Translations under genes and position numbers: made by a program
Shown: in pieces, positions 41,742-56,464 of the stretch
How the letters are laid out: each line of letters starts with the position of its first letter
Numbering within the stretch: the stretch's first letter is position 1
Notes under the pieces: model-generated
Told to the model about the DNA's origin: nothing
Seen by the model: only the letters and a program-made list of their open reading frames with translations
Database searches by the model: none
Assembly: GCF_009914755.1 (NCBI RefSeq)
Contig: NC_060926.1
Strand: one strand, 5' to 3'
DNA from: the human T2T-CHM13v2.0 reference genome, Homo sapiens
Length of the DNA stretch: 64,000 nt

Positions 41742-44009
41742 AAAAAAGGTACCTGCAAAGAGACTCACACTTAAGTGAAAATTGTTATTGAACAAAATTC
41801 TATAAAGGGCTTTCTCTGAATTTAAATTCCGTGGATATCTTGGCCTAGTAATTCACCAAAATAGAAAAGCACACATTTACTCAAGAAACATCTGTCAGAG
41901 TTTATAAGAATAAAATATCAGAATCTACAAGTCTAAACATTATTAAATACAACCTATAATCAATTTAAATATACACATATAAAGCAATATTTGTCATTTT
42001 CACAATTATTGAAAAATTTGAAATATGAATAATTGATTTTGTTACAAATAAAACATATTGCTCATGTAAAAATTCTACAAACTGCTTCTGTGCAGAAAAG
42101 TCAAACATTGTTCCTGGCCAAAGATTATTTCCAAATGAGAACTGTCCTTTTTTGAACTACTTTAGAACATTCCACATATTTTGCTAACACAAGGAAAAGA
42201 ATTCTTCCAGTAAGGGATTTTTGATGAGACAGAAACCAGATGTAGGCATTATTTCCCAAACAACATATTTCCTGATTCTTAAAAATATCCATGAATTCTT
42301 GATACATAGTAAGCTAGTTGTTTGCACTAACTACCCAAAGAACATTATAAAGTACTTAATAATTTTTGGCTTCGAAAAATATTAACTTACTAACTGTTGC
42401 CTACTCATCGTTTTGTTTTCACAACAGAATCTTATACCATGAATATAAGTTACTTGCGCCATGCTCTTTTGCTGGAAAAAGAAAAGATAAAATTAGAGAA
42501 TGTAAAAATTAGCAGCACTGTCATTCTATTAATGTGGCATTTAAAAATAAAATACAAGGTAAATCTTGAGTATTACTGAAGTTTCAGATGGTAGATTTGA
42601 TGGTGTATTTTTTTCTGTCTTCATGGGGATTATAAATCTAGTGATCTTTTAATTGCATGTACAGTGGAGCCAGTCAGTTCTCTTCAGATAGCCGGAAAAT
42701 ACCATTATTCACTGATCAAAGATATTTCCTTCTCAGCAAATCTTAACCGCATGTCAGCTATTCAACAATTGATTTCATCAATTAGTTTTCAGTTGAAGAA
42801 AAATGTGCAATCCTTGAGCATTAATCATCCAGTTAAAAAAGCTTTTTTAAAATTTCATTTTTAACACTTGATTCTAAATATTATATATATGATTCAGTCA
42901 TCAAAGGTATTTGGCCTTTTCATGCATTGGATACAATCTTTAATTATTTATAAATATCTAGATTTCAAAATGATTTTCATAATAAATCCTTAAGAAAATA
43001 CTCATTAAAAAATTATCCCTAAGAATTTTTTGAAAATATTCATCCTGAGCACAATAGAGAGCTTAGAAAATTGTCCATGTAATTAAAAATATTTAAAGCA
43101 TCTTTTATCTGGAAAATTGAAACTAAAGTACTGTTTGACCCGAATCATCTAGAAAATGACCTTAATTCTTTATTCTTATCTATCTATAGTTGATTATATG
43201 ATGGGGACAAGTTTACTGTTGCACAGATGAACATGAACGTATTTTGCTATATAGTTTGTTTAAATCTAACAGATAATACCATGATCCTTCTCTTCATATA
43301 AGGCAAACACACCTAGAAAAATGCATATAGTGTCCCAAACCAGTATTTAAATTATTATTTTATTTCTGTAAGAGCATGGGCTAGATATGTAGAATAATGA
43401 TGCTTTATGTAATATAGATATGTACAGATAATATCAATATGCAGCAGATTCAGAAATAAAAGTTCTATGCTTTATGCTTTCTTTTTAAGAGACCATGTAC
43501 TCAACTATCTTTCTTCAAACATGATTTATATATTTCTGTCACCATTTTAATGCCTCACTGAGTTAACTTCACCTTGATTGACATTATGAAATTAAAGAGG
43601 AGTGACACAGAACAGAGAAGGATGGATTAAAAAAAATCTAATCATTTGATCAGATATTTCTTTCAGAATTAAAGTGATAGTTAAACCACTAATTACTCCC
43701 TTATAATCTGGAATCTATCTGTCCTAAATATCGGAAATCTGTTCTGGATCATCTTGTTCAATTAAATTCTATAAAAGCAACAAGTTAACACTTGAATATA
43801 TGCCAGATTCTCTGAATTAGCTGGAGTCTTTGGCCTCAAAGAATAATTGATTGAAAGAGACACAAAATTTCCTAGCTAATTTTAATTTATTTAGCAATTA
43901 TATCTATGGCACACACCTATGTGGTTTGATAATACTAACTAATTTTGCCTTCAAAATGTTAGCCTTCATAATTAGCGTTACCTGTGAGTATGGTAAGATT
44001 ATTATAATT

Positions 44010-44135
44010 TTACAGATAGTTTTGGGTAACTTGTACAAACTTAAAGGACTGGAAACTAGCAGAACTGAAATGTGAACCCAGGTTCCATTGATTCCACAGT
44101 CCAGCTCACAGCCATTGCACTCTGCTGCTTCACTG
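44010..44135 (-). mobile_element. MIR fragment
   Basis: gtaacttgtacaa..ctagcagaactgaaatgtgaacccagg..ttccacagtccagctc. Confidence 0.5.
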
Positions 44136-45281
44136 ATATGTACCAAACGTGAAACGAACCCTAGGAGCCCATATGGAGTAACTTATTTTTACTTGAATTG
44201 CCACACAAGAGGTGAACATTTTCATCCCTGAGGATTCTAGCTTTCTCCCCCTCACTGTAAACACTTAGGAAGATCTTTCATCTTCGTAAGGAGAGTGGAA
44301 GATAGAGTAATCATAACAATTGTAAGGGATTATTATCATGAGGCATTTATTTCCAATACGGAAGCTACTTGCTTAAGTGAAGTGTATTCTGGTTGGTATG
44401 TAGGCACAAGCCAAATCCTGACTGTGTGTGTCGTGGCCATATTCTATATGATACTAGCTGGCAGTATTGGGTGAGCCTGTACAGATGGTGAGAATTGTGT
44501 TCTTCATTTGGCAAAAGAATGAGGCAGAAAGGAGATATAAAGTAGTAAAAAATAAAATACAGCATGTCTGTATAGCATAGATATAATAAAGGTATAGTTG
44601 TATCCATCAATGTTACATGCAATCACAGTGTATTTTAATTGCAAAACTAGGAATAGGATTGATGTATCCAGCACTAAAATGCCTCAGGCCCTCCTACAAA
44701 TCTTTCAACCTCTTTTCCATCTGTAAAACACAAGTTACACTATATAGCTATCTATTTTATATAGATTCTGAGAAAATTAAATGAGACTTCAGGATTAAGA
44801 TAAGGGTATATATACATCTGATGTGCCTGCTCACAATTGATTTCTATGCTTTTTGACAAAAGACAGACAAGTTTCTTTGCAAATAGTAGAGGGAGTCTGA
44901 TTTTAGAAGGACTGGATTTCTAAATACAAACAAACATTTAAAGGAAGGAAAAAATATCACAAGGCATGCCAACTGTACATTAATCTGTTCATTGTAGAAG
45001 AACTCCAATTTTTTACATGGATATTGTACCCCAAAATGTTGTAATTTATCTTCACTCATAAGTATTGAAAAATTTGTGAGTGAAGTAATTTTTGACTAGA
45101 GTGATTCAGACTTACAGAAAATGTCCAAACTTTCCTTTATTTTGGAACCAGAACCACACATGGTGGGCATGTTATTTTGTTGTTTATTTTTTCCTGACCT
45201 TGGAATATCCAAGATTCTTGATAACACAAGCCAGGCAAAGTGTCAGTTTTGGTTCCTCATACTGATGCAACTGTGACTACA

Positions 45282-45282
<1 letters not shown>

Positions 45283-45317
<35 letters not shown>
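45283..45317. repeat. (CA)n microsatellite
   Basis: Visible directly. Confidence 0.95.
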
Positions 45318-45319
<2 letters not shown>

Positions 45320-45357
45320 GAGAGAGAGATTTCTACCACCTGCAGAAACTAAAGTTA

Positions 45358-45849
<492 letters not shown>

Positions 45850-46300
45850 CTATCAGCCAGGGTGCTATCAAGTTTGAACAGAGGGCACAAGCTGTATAAG
45901 TGAGGAGAGTTTAATAAAGGGGTTGTTTACAAAAGTGTGTTGGTAGTGTTCTGTAAAACAATAAAAGATGGTGCAGTACCCTAGAGTAAGCACTGTTTGG
46001 GAGCCATTATAACCTTTATTCTGAAAGCACAAGCAGAAGGAGGGGTATAGGAACCCAAAAAGTCTGCGAAGTTTCCATAGGAGGAGCTGTGGCTTTAAGT
46101 ACAAAGATGCACCATTTCACGGGGACCCAGAAGAAGTGAGTCAGGAATAAATGCTTCAATCTCCTTCTTCTGCCACCTTCTGATTTCATGCTGATACTTT
46201 CCATTGGCCAAACCAATAGGAAGGCAGAAGAAAAGGAAGCCATTCAGATTATCTTCCTGGGTCATAGAAAAGAGTGAATAAGGCTGCAGAGTGGATCTGG
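45850..46300 (-). mobile_element. ERVL LTR (LTR33-like)
   Basis: gaggagagtttaataaagggg..tttacaaaagtgtg..gtgcagtacc..ccattggccaaaccaa pattern. Confidence 0.65.
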
Positions 46301-46312
46301 AGTATTGGTGAA

Positions 46313-46650
46313 TGTTTAGTAGCTGCTTTCTATTGCTGCATAGTGTAATTACCATAAATTTAGTGCCTTCAAACAACACATTTATTGTCTCATAGTTCTG
46401 CAGTTCGAAAGCCTAGGCAGGCTTGAGTGGGTCCTCTCCTTGCTTAAAGACTTAAAAGGCTAAAATCAAGGTGTCAGCAAAGCTGGATGGAGATTATGGG
46501 AAAAGTAAATCTGCTTCTGAAGTTACTCAGATTTTTGGCAGAATTCAGTTGCTTTAGTTTGTACGATGAAGATCCCTATTTCCTCAACTTGTGGCTTCCT
46601 TCATCTTCAAGCCAAAAATGGTGGTTATTTTTCAGGCTTCAAATCTCTGA
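46313..46650 (-). mobile_element. MLT1-family MaLR LTR fragment
   Basis: tattgctgc..attaccataaatttagtg..aaacaacacatttattgtctcatagttctg..aaatcaaggtgtcagca..ttggcagaattcagtt. Confidence 0.7.
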
Positions 46651-48109
46651 TTTTCTATTTTGTCCTGTCTTCTTAGAAAGTCTTGAAATCAGCAACTGTG
46701 AGTCACACAACTTTGCTCTTATTTTTCTAGATTATTTTGACTATTCTGTGTCCTTTGGAATTCTATATGAATTTTAGAATAAGATTTTTTATTTCTGCAG
46801 GAAAAATAAGATTTTTATAAGGATTGTATTGAATCAGCATGTTACTTTTGGTAGTATTGTCATTAAACAATATTGTCTTCCAATGTCTGAATATGAGCTA
46901 TCTTTCATTTTATTTGGGTCTTATTTAATTTATTTTAGCATAATTTTCTCATTTCTAGTGTATAAGTCTTGTGCTCCTTGGTTAAATTATTCCAAAGTAT
47001 TTTTTTCTTTTGATGCTTTGTAAATTAAATTGTTTAATTTACTTTTAGATTGTTTGTTGCTGGTGTATAGAAATGCAATTGATTTTTGAGTGTTGGTGTT
47101 GTGTCTTGCAACATTAATGAATTTGTTAGCTCTAAAATTTTATTTTTGTAGATTCTTTAGGATTTTCTAGATATAAGATAATCTGTGGATAGAAATAGTC
47201 TTCCTTGTTCCTTGTTGTTTATTTGAATGTTTTTTATTTCTTTTTCTTGCCTAATTGCTCTGGCTGGATTTTCCAGTATTATGTTGAATAGAAGAGGAAA
47301 AAGTGGGTGTATTTGTGTTGTTCCTTATTTTGGGGGAAATGTTTTTTTAAGGCATTCACCATTGCATGTGATGTGAACTGTGGGTTTTTTGTATACGACT
47401 TTTATCATGTTGAGGAAATTTCCTTGTATTTCTAGTTTATTATGTTTTTATCATAAAAGGGTGCTGGATTTTGCTAAATGCTTTTTCTGTACCACTTGAG
47501 ATAACTGTATGCATTTCCCCCTCATTCTGTGAATGTGGTGTATTATTTTACTGAATTTATATGTTGAACAACTCTTGCATTCCTGGGATAAATTCCACTT
47601 GGCCATGATGTGTAATCCTTTTTTTTTTTTTTATGTTGTTGGGTGTGGTTTGCCAGTATTTTGTTGAGAATTTTTGTATGTATATTCATAAGGAGTAATG
47701 GTCTACAGTTTTATTTTCTTGTAGTGTCTTTGTCCAGTTTTGGTGTCAGGATAATGCTGGTGTCACAGAATGAATTAGGAAGTGTTCCCTCTTATTTTTT
47801 GGAAGAGTTTGGGAAACATTGGTGTTAATTATCCTTTAAACATTTGGTACAGTTTACCAGTGAAGCTATCTGGTCCTAGATTTCATTTGTCAGTAGGTTT
47901 TTGATTACTGATTCAAACTTTTTTCTTATTGTAAGTCTGTTGAAATTTTGTGTGCAGGTGTGTTGTTTTTTTGAGCCAGTTAAAATAATTTGTGTGTTTC
48001 TGGCATCTTTTCCAGTCTATCAAGGTTATCTAATTTGTTGACATACAATCATTCTATTGCCTGCCCAAATATGATGATGAATTCTCTAGTGAGTTTCTCA
48101 TTTCAATTA

Positions 48110-48424
48110 CAGTTGCCCTTTGGTATCTTTGAAGTATTGGTTTCAGGACCCCTGCAGATACCAAAATCTATAATGCTCAAGTCCCTTATATAAAATAGTA
48201 TAGTATTTGCATATAACCTATATACATTCTCCCATATACTTTAAATTATCTATAGACTATAATCTCTAATTTAATATAAATTTTATTTAAATCATTGTTA
48301 TAATATTTTATATTTATTTGTTTTTTATTGTTGGGATGTTATTTTCTATTTTTTGAAATATTTTTCATCCACAATTGGTTGTATCTGCAGAGATGTGGAA
48401 CCCTTGGATATGAAGGGCCAATGG
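48110..48424 (+). mobile_element. MER2 (Tigger-derived MITE) with TA target duplications
   Basis: ta|cagttgccct..gataccaaaatc..gctcaagtcccttatataaaa ... gatatgaagggcca..|ta. Confidence 0.85.
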
Positions 48425-49545
48425 TATTATACTTTTCAGCTCCAGTATTTCTATTTGGTTCCTTTTTTATAATTCTCTTTATTGATACTCTCAGTTTCTC
48501 ATACTTTATTTTCCTGGTTTCTTTTTGTTCTTTTTCCATGATTTTCTTCAGCTTTTTGAACATATTTCATATGTAAGATAGTTGATTTGAATACTTTAGT
48601 CACATATATAGTTAATCATAATTAATCTTATACTTGAAAATCGCGAAGAGAGTAGATCTTAAACGTTGTCATCACACACATACAAAAATTAGATTTTCTT
48701 CTTCCTGAGGGTTTGCTGTACTTGACTGTTGAACATTTAGCTTGTATTCTGCCAATGTTTGACTAGGATTTCCTTGAATTTCAGGAGCCTTGAACAACAA
48801 TGGCAATTATAATAACAACTAAGCCAACTTTTCCAGGCTTTGTGGCTTGGCTCTGGGCTGGGCACTCCTTTAACATTTAGCCAACTCATTTACATTTCTG
48901 TCATATCTTTCCCTTCTTACTTGCACTGTGTCTATAGATCAGCCAGTGGTGAAAGCTTAGTTTCTTCTCTCCTGTTTTTCTGAGCCTATACCATGTCCTG
49001 GACATGGACTGTGGTTTTCTAAATTCTCCAGTAATTTGATAAAAGTGCTCAAACACTTTTAATGTCCTAATTTCCTAAAGAAACTCTCTCCCCTGCTCTT
49101 CCTCCCAGGGATTTGGAGATTTACTCTATGCCTCAATATAATCTTTGGTCTCCAAAAGCAAATGCAGACTTTTGTATGTCTTACCATGTTTTCAAAGCAA
49201 TTCTCACATAATTCCTGCCTTGAGTGGGTTCTGGAATAGGTGAAACAGAGAGGAGGAACTCATATTAGTTCTTCAGGTTGTCCCCAGCCAGTTTAAAACA
49301 AACACAATAATTTGTGAATAAGGTCTGCTTTGCTCCCTTCAGATCCAGGTACTAGGATCACATTAGGAGCAAGAGCTACCATCTTGAAGACTGCTTCCTA
49401 GCTCAGGAGTGGACGGGGAAAGCACAGATAAAAATGTCACAAAGATTTTCAATAATTTTTTAATTTGATTTAAAAAATTCAGTGTCCAACACTGAATTAT
49501 TGTAACCTTTGAATATTATCTACAGTTTTGACAACACTGCTTTTC

Positions 49546-49832
49546 TTGTTTCTTATTTTGGGGGGGAAAGTTTAAAGCTTTCACCATTGCATGTGATGTG
49601 AGCTGTGGGTTTTTCATATATGGTCTTTATCATTTTGAGAAAGTTCCCTTGTATTTCTAATTTATTATGTATTTTTATCATAAAAGGGTATTGGATTTTG
49701 CTAAATGCTTTTTTTTTCTGTACCACTTGAGATAATATGCTTTCTCCCTCTTCATTCTATTAATGTGATGTATTATTTTATTGAATTTATATGTTGAACA
49801 ACTCTTGCATTCCTGGGATAAATCCCACTTGG
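49546..49832 (+). repeat. Local direct copy of 47318-47602 (L1M ORF2 segment) inserted in the same element's 5' region
   Basis: Shared caccattgcatgtgatgtga, ctgtaccacttgagataa and gttgaacaactcttgcattcctgggataaat. Confidence 0.85.
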
Positions 49833-52711
49833 ATTTTATCTAGAGTTTTGATTGTTATCTAAAATGTTGACAAAGTTGGTTCTGTCGATTTCTTTTGTCT
49901 TCTTGCTGTTTCTGTGGAATGAAAATGGCAGTTTGAGATTCCCTACTTTGTCATTTGCTGGCATTTATCATTATTATTTTCAGCATCACCTGAGTCAGAA
50001 AAATCTCCATGGGACTTTCTGTTCATGGACACCTCCATTTTATTCCTATGCAGTGTCTGTTTCCATCACTACCCAGATTAGACTCCATATCCCATCACTT
50101 TTCTACAATATTCTAAATTCTCTTTCTTTACTCCTTTTCTATAATATACTTTTATCCTTATGGCTTTGACAAGTACCTAAGTATGCATGAAACTAGGTAA
50201 TGGCTTTGTCTTTTCCAAATGTGGACTTCTGGTTCTGGCTGGAATACCACCTTTTTGTTTGGAATTGCTATTAATTCCTGGTCAGTAACCCAAGCAGGGT
50301 TTTCAACACTGTTCTGTTATTTTTCTATATTTCTCTAGTCAGTTTGTGTTCTCATTCTCCATCTTTTACATGCTTTTTAACATATTCTCATGTACCTTGT
50401 TATCATCAGATTACTTTTCCTTTTTTTACCTCACAGAGAAAACAGATGCTATGAGATTATAAGTCATTAACTTTTGGACATTAAATCCATAAACCAAACT
50501 AAATTTGCACTCATCATGTACTTCTTCCTATTAATGACATCACAGAAGTTTTTCTTATCTCATCCATTACTAAATTCCCTACATATGCATCTCTTCTTCT
50601 TACAGCATCTTAGTGACTTTGACTCTCGGATATTAATTATCCACTTGATGTATTGAAGCCTGCTTGTTCTAGCTCATAAGAACCAACTGATAATTTTTTT
50701 AAAATTTTGAGGGATGGTTCATGTCAAACTGGTCAGTGGAGATACGTCATAGTAGAAATATCTACCCAATGTAAATCATCAAAAAATCATCAAATACTAC
50801 ATATATATGTATATTTATATATATATATATTATTTTAGAGAGCTGAATATTAAACATTTGTCAATACACTATTGCTTATTTTCTACCACTTTATTAAGTT
50901 TAATTCCAATTATCATTTTAAAAATGTTGGTTTCCCTCAACTTAAAAAATAGAAATAGAATAGTAGCAAAATTTCATATCTCTTTCAACTACTGTTGTAT
51001 TTATGCCCTTCCATTTGCAGTCGAGATTCTAAATTAAAATATATTCTTAACTTACAACACCGTATATAACATACTTATGGTGATAAATATTTTTGATTCA
51101 ATATTATTTGGGCCAATGAGCTAGATATTTTCATTTACTATGGATTAAAATGTAAATTTACTTGGCAATAGGGATTAAAGGCCTTACAGATTCCACTATT
51201 CTTTGATTTATTAATGGTACTTTGAGAAATCTGTAATTTAAAAAATCCACATGTAACCAACATTTCACTCACATTATTTTTAATAGCAAAACACTGGAAA
51301 TAGTATAAAGATCCAACAATAGGCAAATTATTAAATAAAAAATGCTGCATTCATACAACATGTGACTAGATAGACAGTGAGAATGAATTGGTCATAACTT
51401 TAGGTACACATTCTAAGAGAGAAAAAAGGACTGGAAGAAAATTTGCTACCATATTAGAAAGAAGAATGAAGGAAAGCCCGAAAGAGGTAAGACAATATGA
51501 AATGTATATGAGGGCTGAAATCTCACAGTGATTCTAACACCACAAAGGGATAATGTTATATTCAATTAATATAGCTTTTTTAAGCTGCCTCATGGGTTTC
51601 TGTGGGGTGAAAGTAGTATAAGTTACAATGTTACAGGGGAATTAATCAAACTATTATTTTTATTGAATTAACGTTTTGGTTTTTCTTTTAATGCTGCTGT
51701 CAACTTGGCTGAGAAAATCACAAAATATTCTATAGCAACGTTTATAATAATATCGATAATTGATGCTAAGCACACTTTTAAAATTAAGTATAAAATCTAA
51801 ATAATTTGCCAATTGGGACATGATAAAGAAATGAGCTTCTGCTTGGTAACTCAATTTATTTATCTTAGTACTGCATTTGCAATTACTTTTATGTAACTAT
51901 GTTATTTGTTTTCATTAACTAAAATTAATCAGTAAATATAATATTAGAACTTTCACTAGGAGTATCTCTAAATATATAAAAGAAATGGAAGGGAACTTGA
52001 TGAAAGCATTGCAAAAAGCATTTAGTATTTTCAGGTTACCCTTGTTCAAGATGACATTCAAATTAATTTATTTTATTACACAGAAGAGGATAACACATTG
52101 AAAGACTAATTCAGCAGTTAGCTATTTCCTTTTAACTTATAAATAGTATCATTAACATTACTTAGAAGCTTGTCTCAAATGTTATTCAAGATGCTATACA
52201 TGTTTCTAACAGCTTAATGAAATGGAGAAGTAGCTACTAATTTTCTTTCCAAAATAGAAAGATAAAATAGAGTATTCCAACTGTCTCACACATATTTATG
52301 ACTTAATAAATGACTTTCAATATTAGAAAAATATGTTTTGTTTCTAACTCCAAGGATATCTACATCTATCTATCTGTAGACTAGAAAGAGGTATATCGCT
52401 ATATCTATAAATCTACATATCAATTTCTGTCTATATGAAACTAGCTTCCAAAAATAATATCCTGGATGTATTCTGGATATAATGTGTATTTCAAGTGCCT
52501 TGGAAACCAGAATACACATTGAGGCAAAAATCACCCAATATCCATCAATTATTCTTCCTTACTAATAAAATGTAATGTTTTTAAATATAGCAGTGTCCAG
52601 TTAAAAAATGGTAATTTCTCAAGCTCCTAAATGTATTTAGGAGCTAATGTAAGTGTAATGTATTAACTCTAAGCGGGTGTAGTTGTGTGAGACTTTAGAA
52701 AAACCAGAATG

Positions 52712-53122
<411 letters not shown>

Positions 53123-53607
53123 CTATGTGTGGCTATTTTTTACGTGAAAAAAACTATTATATTTAAACAATTTTTTGAGGATCTCTGTTGTTTGTACTTG
53201 AATGAAATTTCGAATATATCAAGTCACACTATATAACCTCCAGTTTCTCATTAGACCTTTTATTTAAAGAATGTGCCATTTATGCATTTATAAGTTATTT
53301 AGTTAGGTTGTAACTGTCTCTAGCACAGAACAACTGGGCAAAAATGTAAAAAAAATCTTACATTTGAACAGTAGAGTGAAAAAAATATTTGCTGAACTCT
53401 ATCCTTCTAGTGGTAGCACCTTTTCTTCTTTCTCCCCTCAGCTTTTGAAGATCTGTTCCCTTCTCATTCAAACACCTCCAATTAGAAGGTGCTATCATCT
53501 TAAGTGACTCCTGATTAGTCCAGACAGGTAGCAAGAAACCACAACCAGAAGTCTGATTTTTTCCTAAGGTTTATGTTTAATTGGTACTAAGATAAAAGGA
53601 CATTCTA

Positions 53608-53672
53608 TTAGGTTGGTGCAAAGGGAGTTAAAAATAATGGCAAAAACTTTAATTCCTTTTGCACCAACCTAA
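53608..53672. mobile_element. MADE1 (Hsmar1-derived MITE), left arm partly deleted
   Basis: ta|ttaggttggtgcaaa ... tttgcaccaacctaa|ta terminal inverted repeats with TA TSD. Confidence 0.9.
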
Positions 53673-55046
53673 TAATATTGAAGATTGGAAAACATAGGCT
53701 AAGAATAGGTAACGGCTGTGGCTGCAATGTTTAAAGAAAAACTAGAGTACAAAAATGAACAGGCACAGACGGAGAAGCGAAGCCGATAGAGTGACTCATA
53801 ATCAAAGTCCAAATAGCTTTTGGGTCACAAGAACCAATTGTCCCTATAGGACAATTATTATTTAGGTAAGTTAGTCAATAATTCTCCTCATTGGACTAAT
53901 TTTGTCTCATTTTAATTTTCAATATTTCACACCAAAAGTTTTGACCTACAATCTGAAAAATGGATATATGTATTTTTATTTAAATAATTCAGTGGTTCTA
54001 ACACTTGAGCAGCCAAAATATATAGTATTCTGGGATGACTGGCCCATTGATCTTTTATAGCCAGTTTTTACTGACTTATAAGACAAGCTTGAGACCTATA
54101 TAACCTCAAAATATGAATAAGGGCTATTCATTTCAGACATTTCAATATTTGAAAAAACTTTATGCCTTGTTTGTTATTGGATGAGTATAAATAATGCACA
54201 GCCTCTTATTTGAATGAAATAAATATTAAAACTGTCTACTCTGTCAACAAATTTATAATGCAGTAAGAAACAACAAGTCAGTACATCTGAAGAAGGAAAA
54301 GAAACCTCAGAATTACCAGGATTTAGACTTTTTTTCTCTTCAATCTCTGTTTCTGACTTCTTTCTGAAAGTTAAAGATTTGGTATGAATAGCATATTGAT
54401 TACTCTTAAAGTATCAGAGAGTAATTTCTGTTCTTCCAGACTCTGTTTAGGGACTGAAAAAAAGAGTTATCTCTTTGTTCATATGAATAATTTTTCAGAA
54501 GCATAATTCCATTAGATCAGAATTTTCAGAATCAAAAATTGGGAGTAGGATGGAAGTTGGGTTACTGTCTCCCTCCAATAGTGCATATGTCATTTCTTTT
54601 AATTTTTAATCAATATACTGAATAAAATAAAATCCTTTCATGATGACATATTTTAAGTATTGTTTTGGTATACATATCTTTCCAAAAGCAGCAAAAATTG
54701 TGTGGTTTTTAATGTTTTGATAGATGAACAAACTATGTTTAAATTCAATACTTTTAATATTTTTGTTCATATACTGTTATACTTTTATTATAAAAATAAA
54801 CAGAAATGACATAAAAATATGTATAAAATATAGCAACATAAAGTAAATTTGAATAAGGGAAAGGAATAAAGCATGAATTACATTAAGCAAGTGCACTGGA
54901 ACCAGAGGATCGCTAGTTCACAGCATTCATGCCATTAGCCTAAATGTGCTTACAAGGAGCAGCTCATATATTTGATCTCAAATTCTTGAATATCCAATAC
55001 AAAAAAAGGAAAAATGATTCCTTATGAAATTTTTAGTGTCTATATC

Positions 55047-55371
55047 CATGCTCTCCAGTATACTAGCCACTAACCACATATGACCTCTAGGCACTTAAAA
55101 TGTGTCTGGTGCAAATTGAAGATTCCTAAGTGTAAAATACACTTTGAATTTTAAAGGCTTAGAATTTTTAAAAATGTATATATCTCAGTAATCATTTTAT
55201 ATGGATATATATTTGAATAATATTTTGAATATATTGGGTTAAATTAAATATATTATTAAATTTATTTCACCTAGTTCTTTTTACTATTCTTAGAGTGACT
55301 GCTAAAATATTTAAAATTACATCATCAGCTTGCAATTGTGGCCCTCATTATATTTCTATTAAACAGCACTG
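55047..55371 (-). mobile_element. MER33 hAT-Charlie relic
   Basis: tagccactaaccacat..aagtgtaaaatacac..atatattgggttaaa..cattatatttctatt..cagcactg. Confidence 0.8.
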
Positions 55372-55425
55372 GTCTATATAGTAAAACGATTTCATTGCTC
55401 TAAGAAAGTACCGTAATTCCTAATA

Positions 55426-56464
55426 CAAGCAGTCCTCTCTTAGTATGATTCCTGATATGCATATACCTCAGTTTCCTTGGTTTATTCAAATAATACTAAA
55501 CCCCCAACAAAGTAATTCAAATTTTAGTTACTATGGTATTATTGTGAGTTATTATATAAAGTACAAATTTCACTGCTAGCTCTTTATTCCACAAACAGCT
55601 ATGTAAATAACAGATATACATCATGATCAGTGGTCAGTCACGTCACTTCCTGCACAATCTCTTGGCTAGTGGTTAGTGCACATCTGTTATTCTGTCACAC
55701 ACACGTAGTTCTGTTTTCTCCTTCTCTCTGAGTGATAACCAGTACGGTACTTGACAAATTGGAAAACTGAAAGAAAAAGCAGGCAAGCAAAAATGAAATT
55801 ACGGTAAATAAATAACAATTGGTACTGGTGGAAGTGAAATTTGAGTCACATGTACATGAGGTCATAAAAGAAATGGCTGACCATGGAAATTTTGGCATTG
55901 CTATCACTCAAGAAATCTAGCTGTGTAGTCAGAGGAACTTAGTGAAGGTGGGCTCATAGACATAAATGAGGAAAGTGATTGTGACAAAAAGAATGCAGAG
56001 AAGTGATGCTGTCAAAAACTTGACATTAATAAAAATTTCTGAGATTTTACAACATTAAAAGTACAAAGAGAACAAAAATGATGGAAGCCTGTGTAAACTT
56101 AGAAAGGAATATGACAACTCACCAAGGGGTACACAAGATACTTGCTCCCTATCCTAAGTTATAAGATGAAGGAAGTCAAGCACTGATCAAACTACTCTTG
56201 ATAAGTTTTGCAAATAAATAAACCACATGAATTTTCAATGTTTCTAATGTTTTAAACTATCATGTTTAATAAATATTAGTTTTATCATTTTTAATTTCCC
56301 TATACATTTATGTCAGAGTAATTTTTTTAATGTTTTGACAAAATTCTAAAGTGTGTAGAACAAAAAACACATTTTCCATAGATCATTAGCAAAGTTTTGC
56401 ACTGCTCTAACTTGAATAGTTATTTTTACAGAACAACCCACTGAGGCAGAATGAGGACTACCTG
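55426..56464 (+). mobile_element. Tigger-family DNA transposon relic (Tigger13a-like), both ends present
   Basis: TIRs caagcagtcctc / gaggactacctg flanked by TA. Internal catcatgatcagtg..tcacgtcacttc. Confidence 0.75.

Larger units (their letters stand above)
46670..49960 (-). mobile_element. Old L1M (L1MB/MC-like), fragmented ORF2-ORF1-5' region
   Basis: ORF2 reverse complement (ctaattgctctggct..gttgaatagaag; ttttggtgtcaggataatgctgg) and ORF1 remnant in ORF 48339..48563 (KKEPNRNTGAEKYN). Confidence 0.75.

Noticed and set aside
50360-51420. Possible L2, MER63-like and L1ME fragments
   Set aside because: Too diverged to call boundaries or families reliably by eye.
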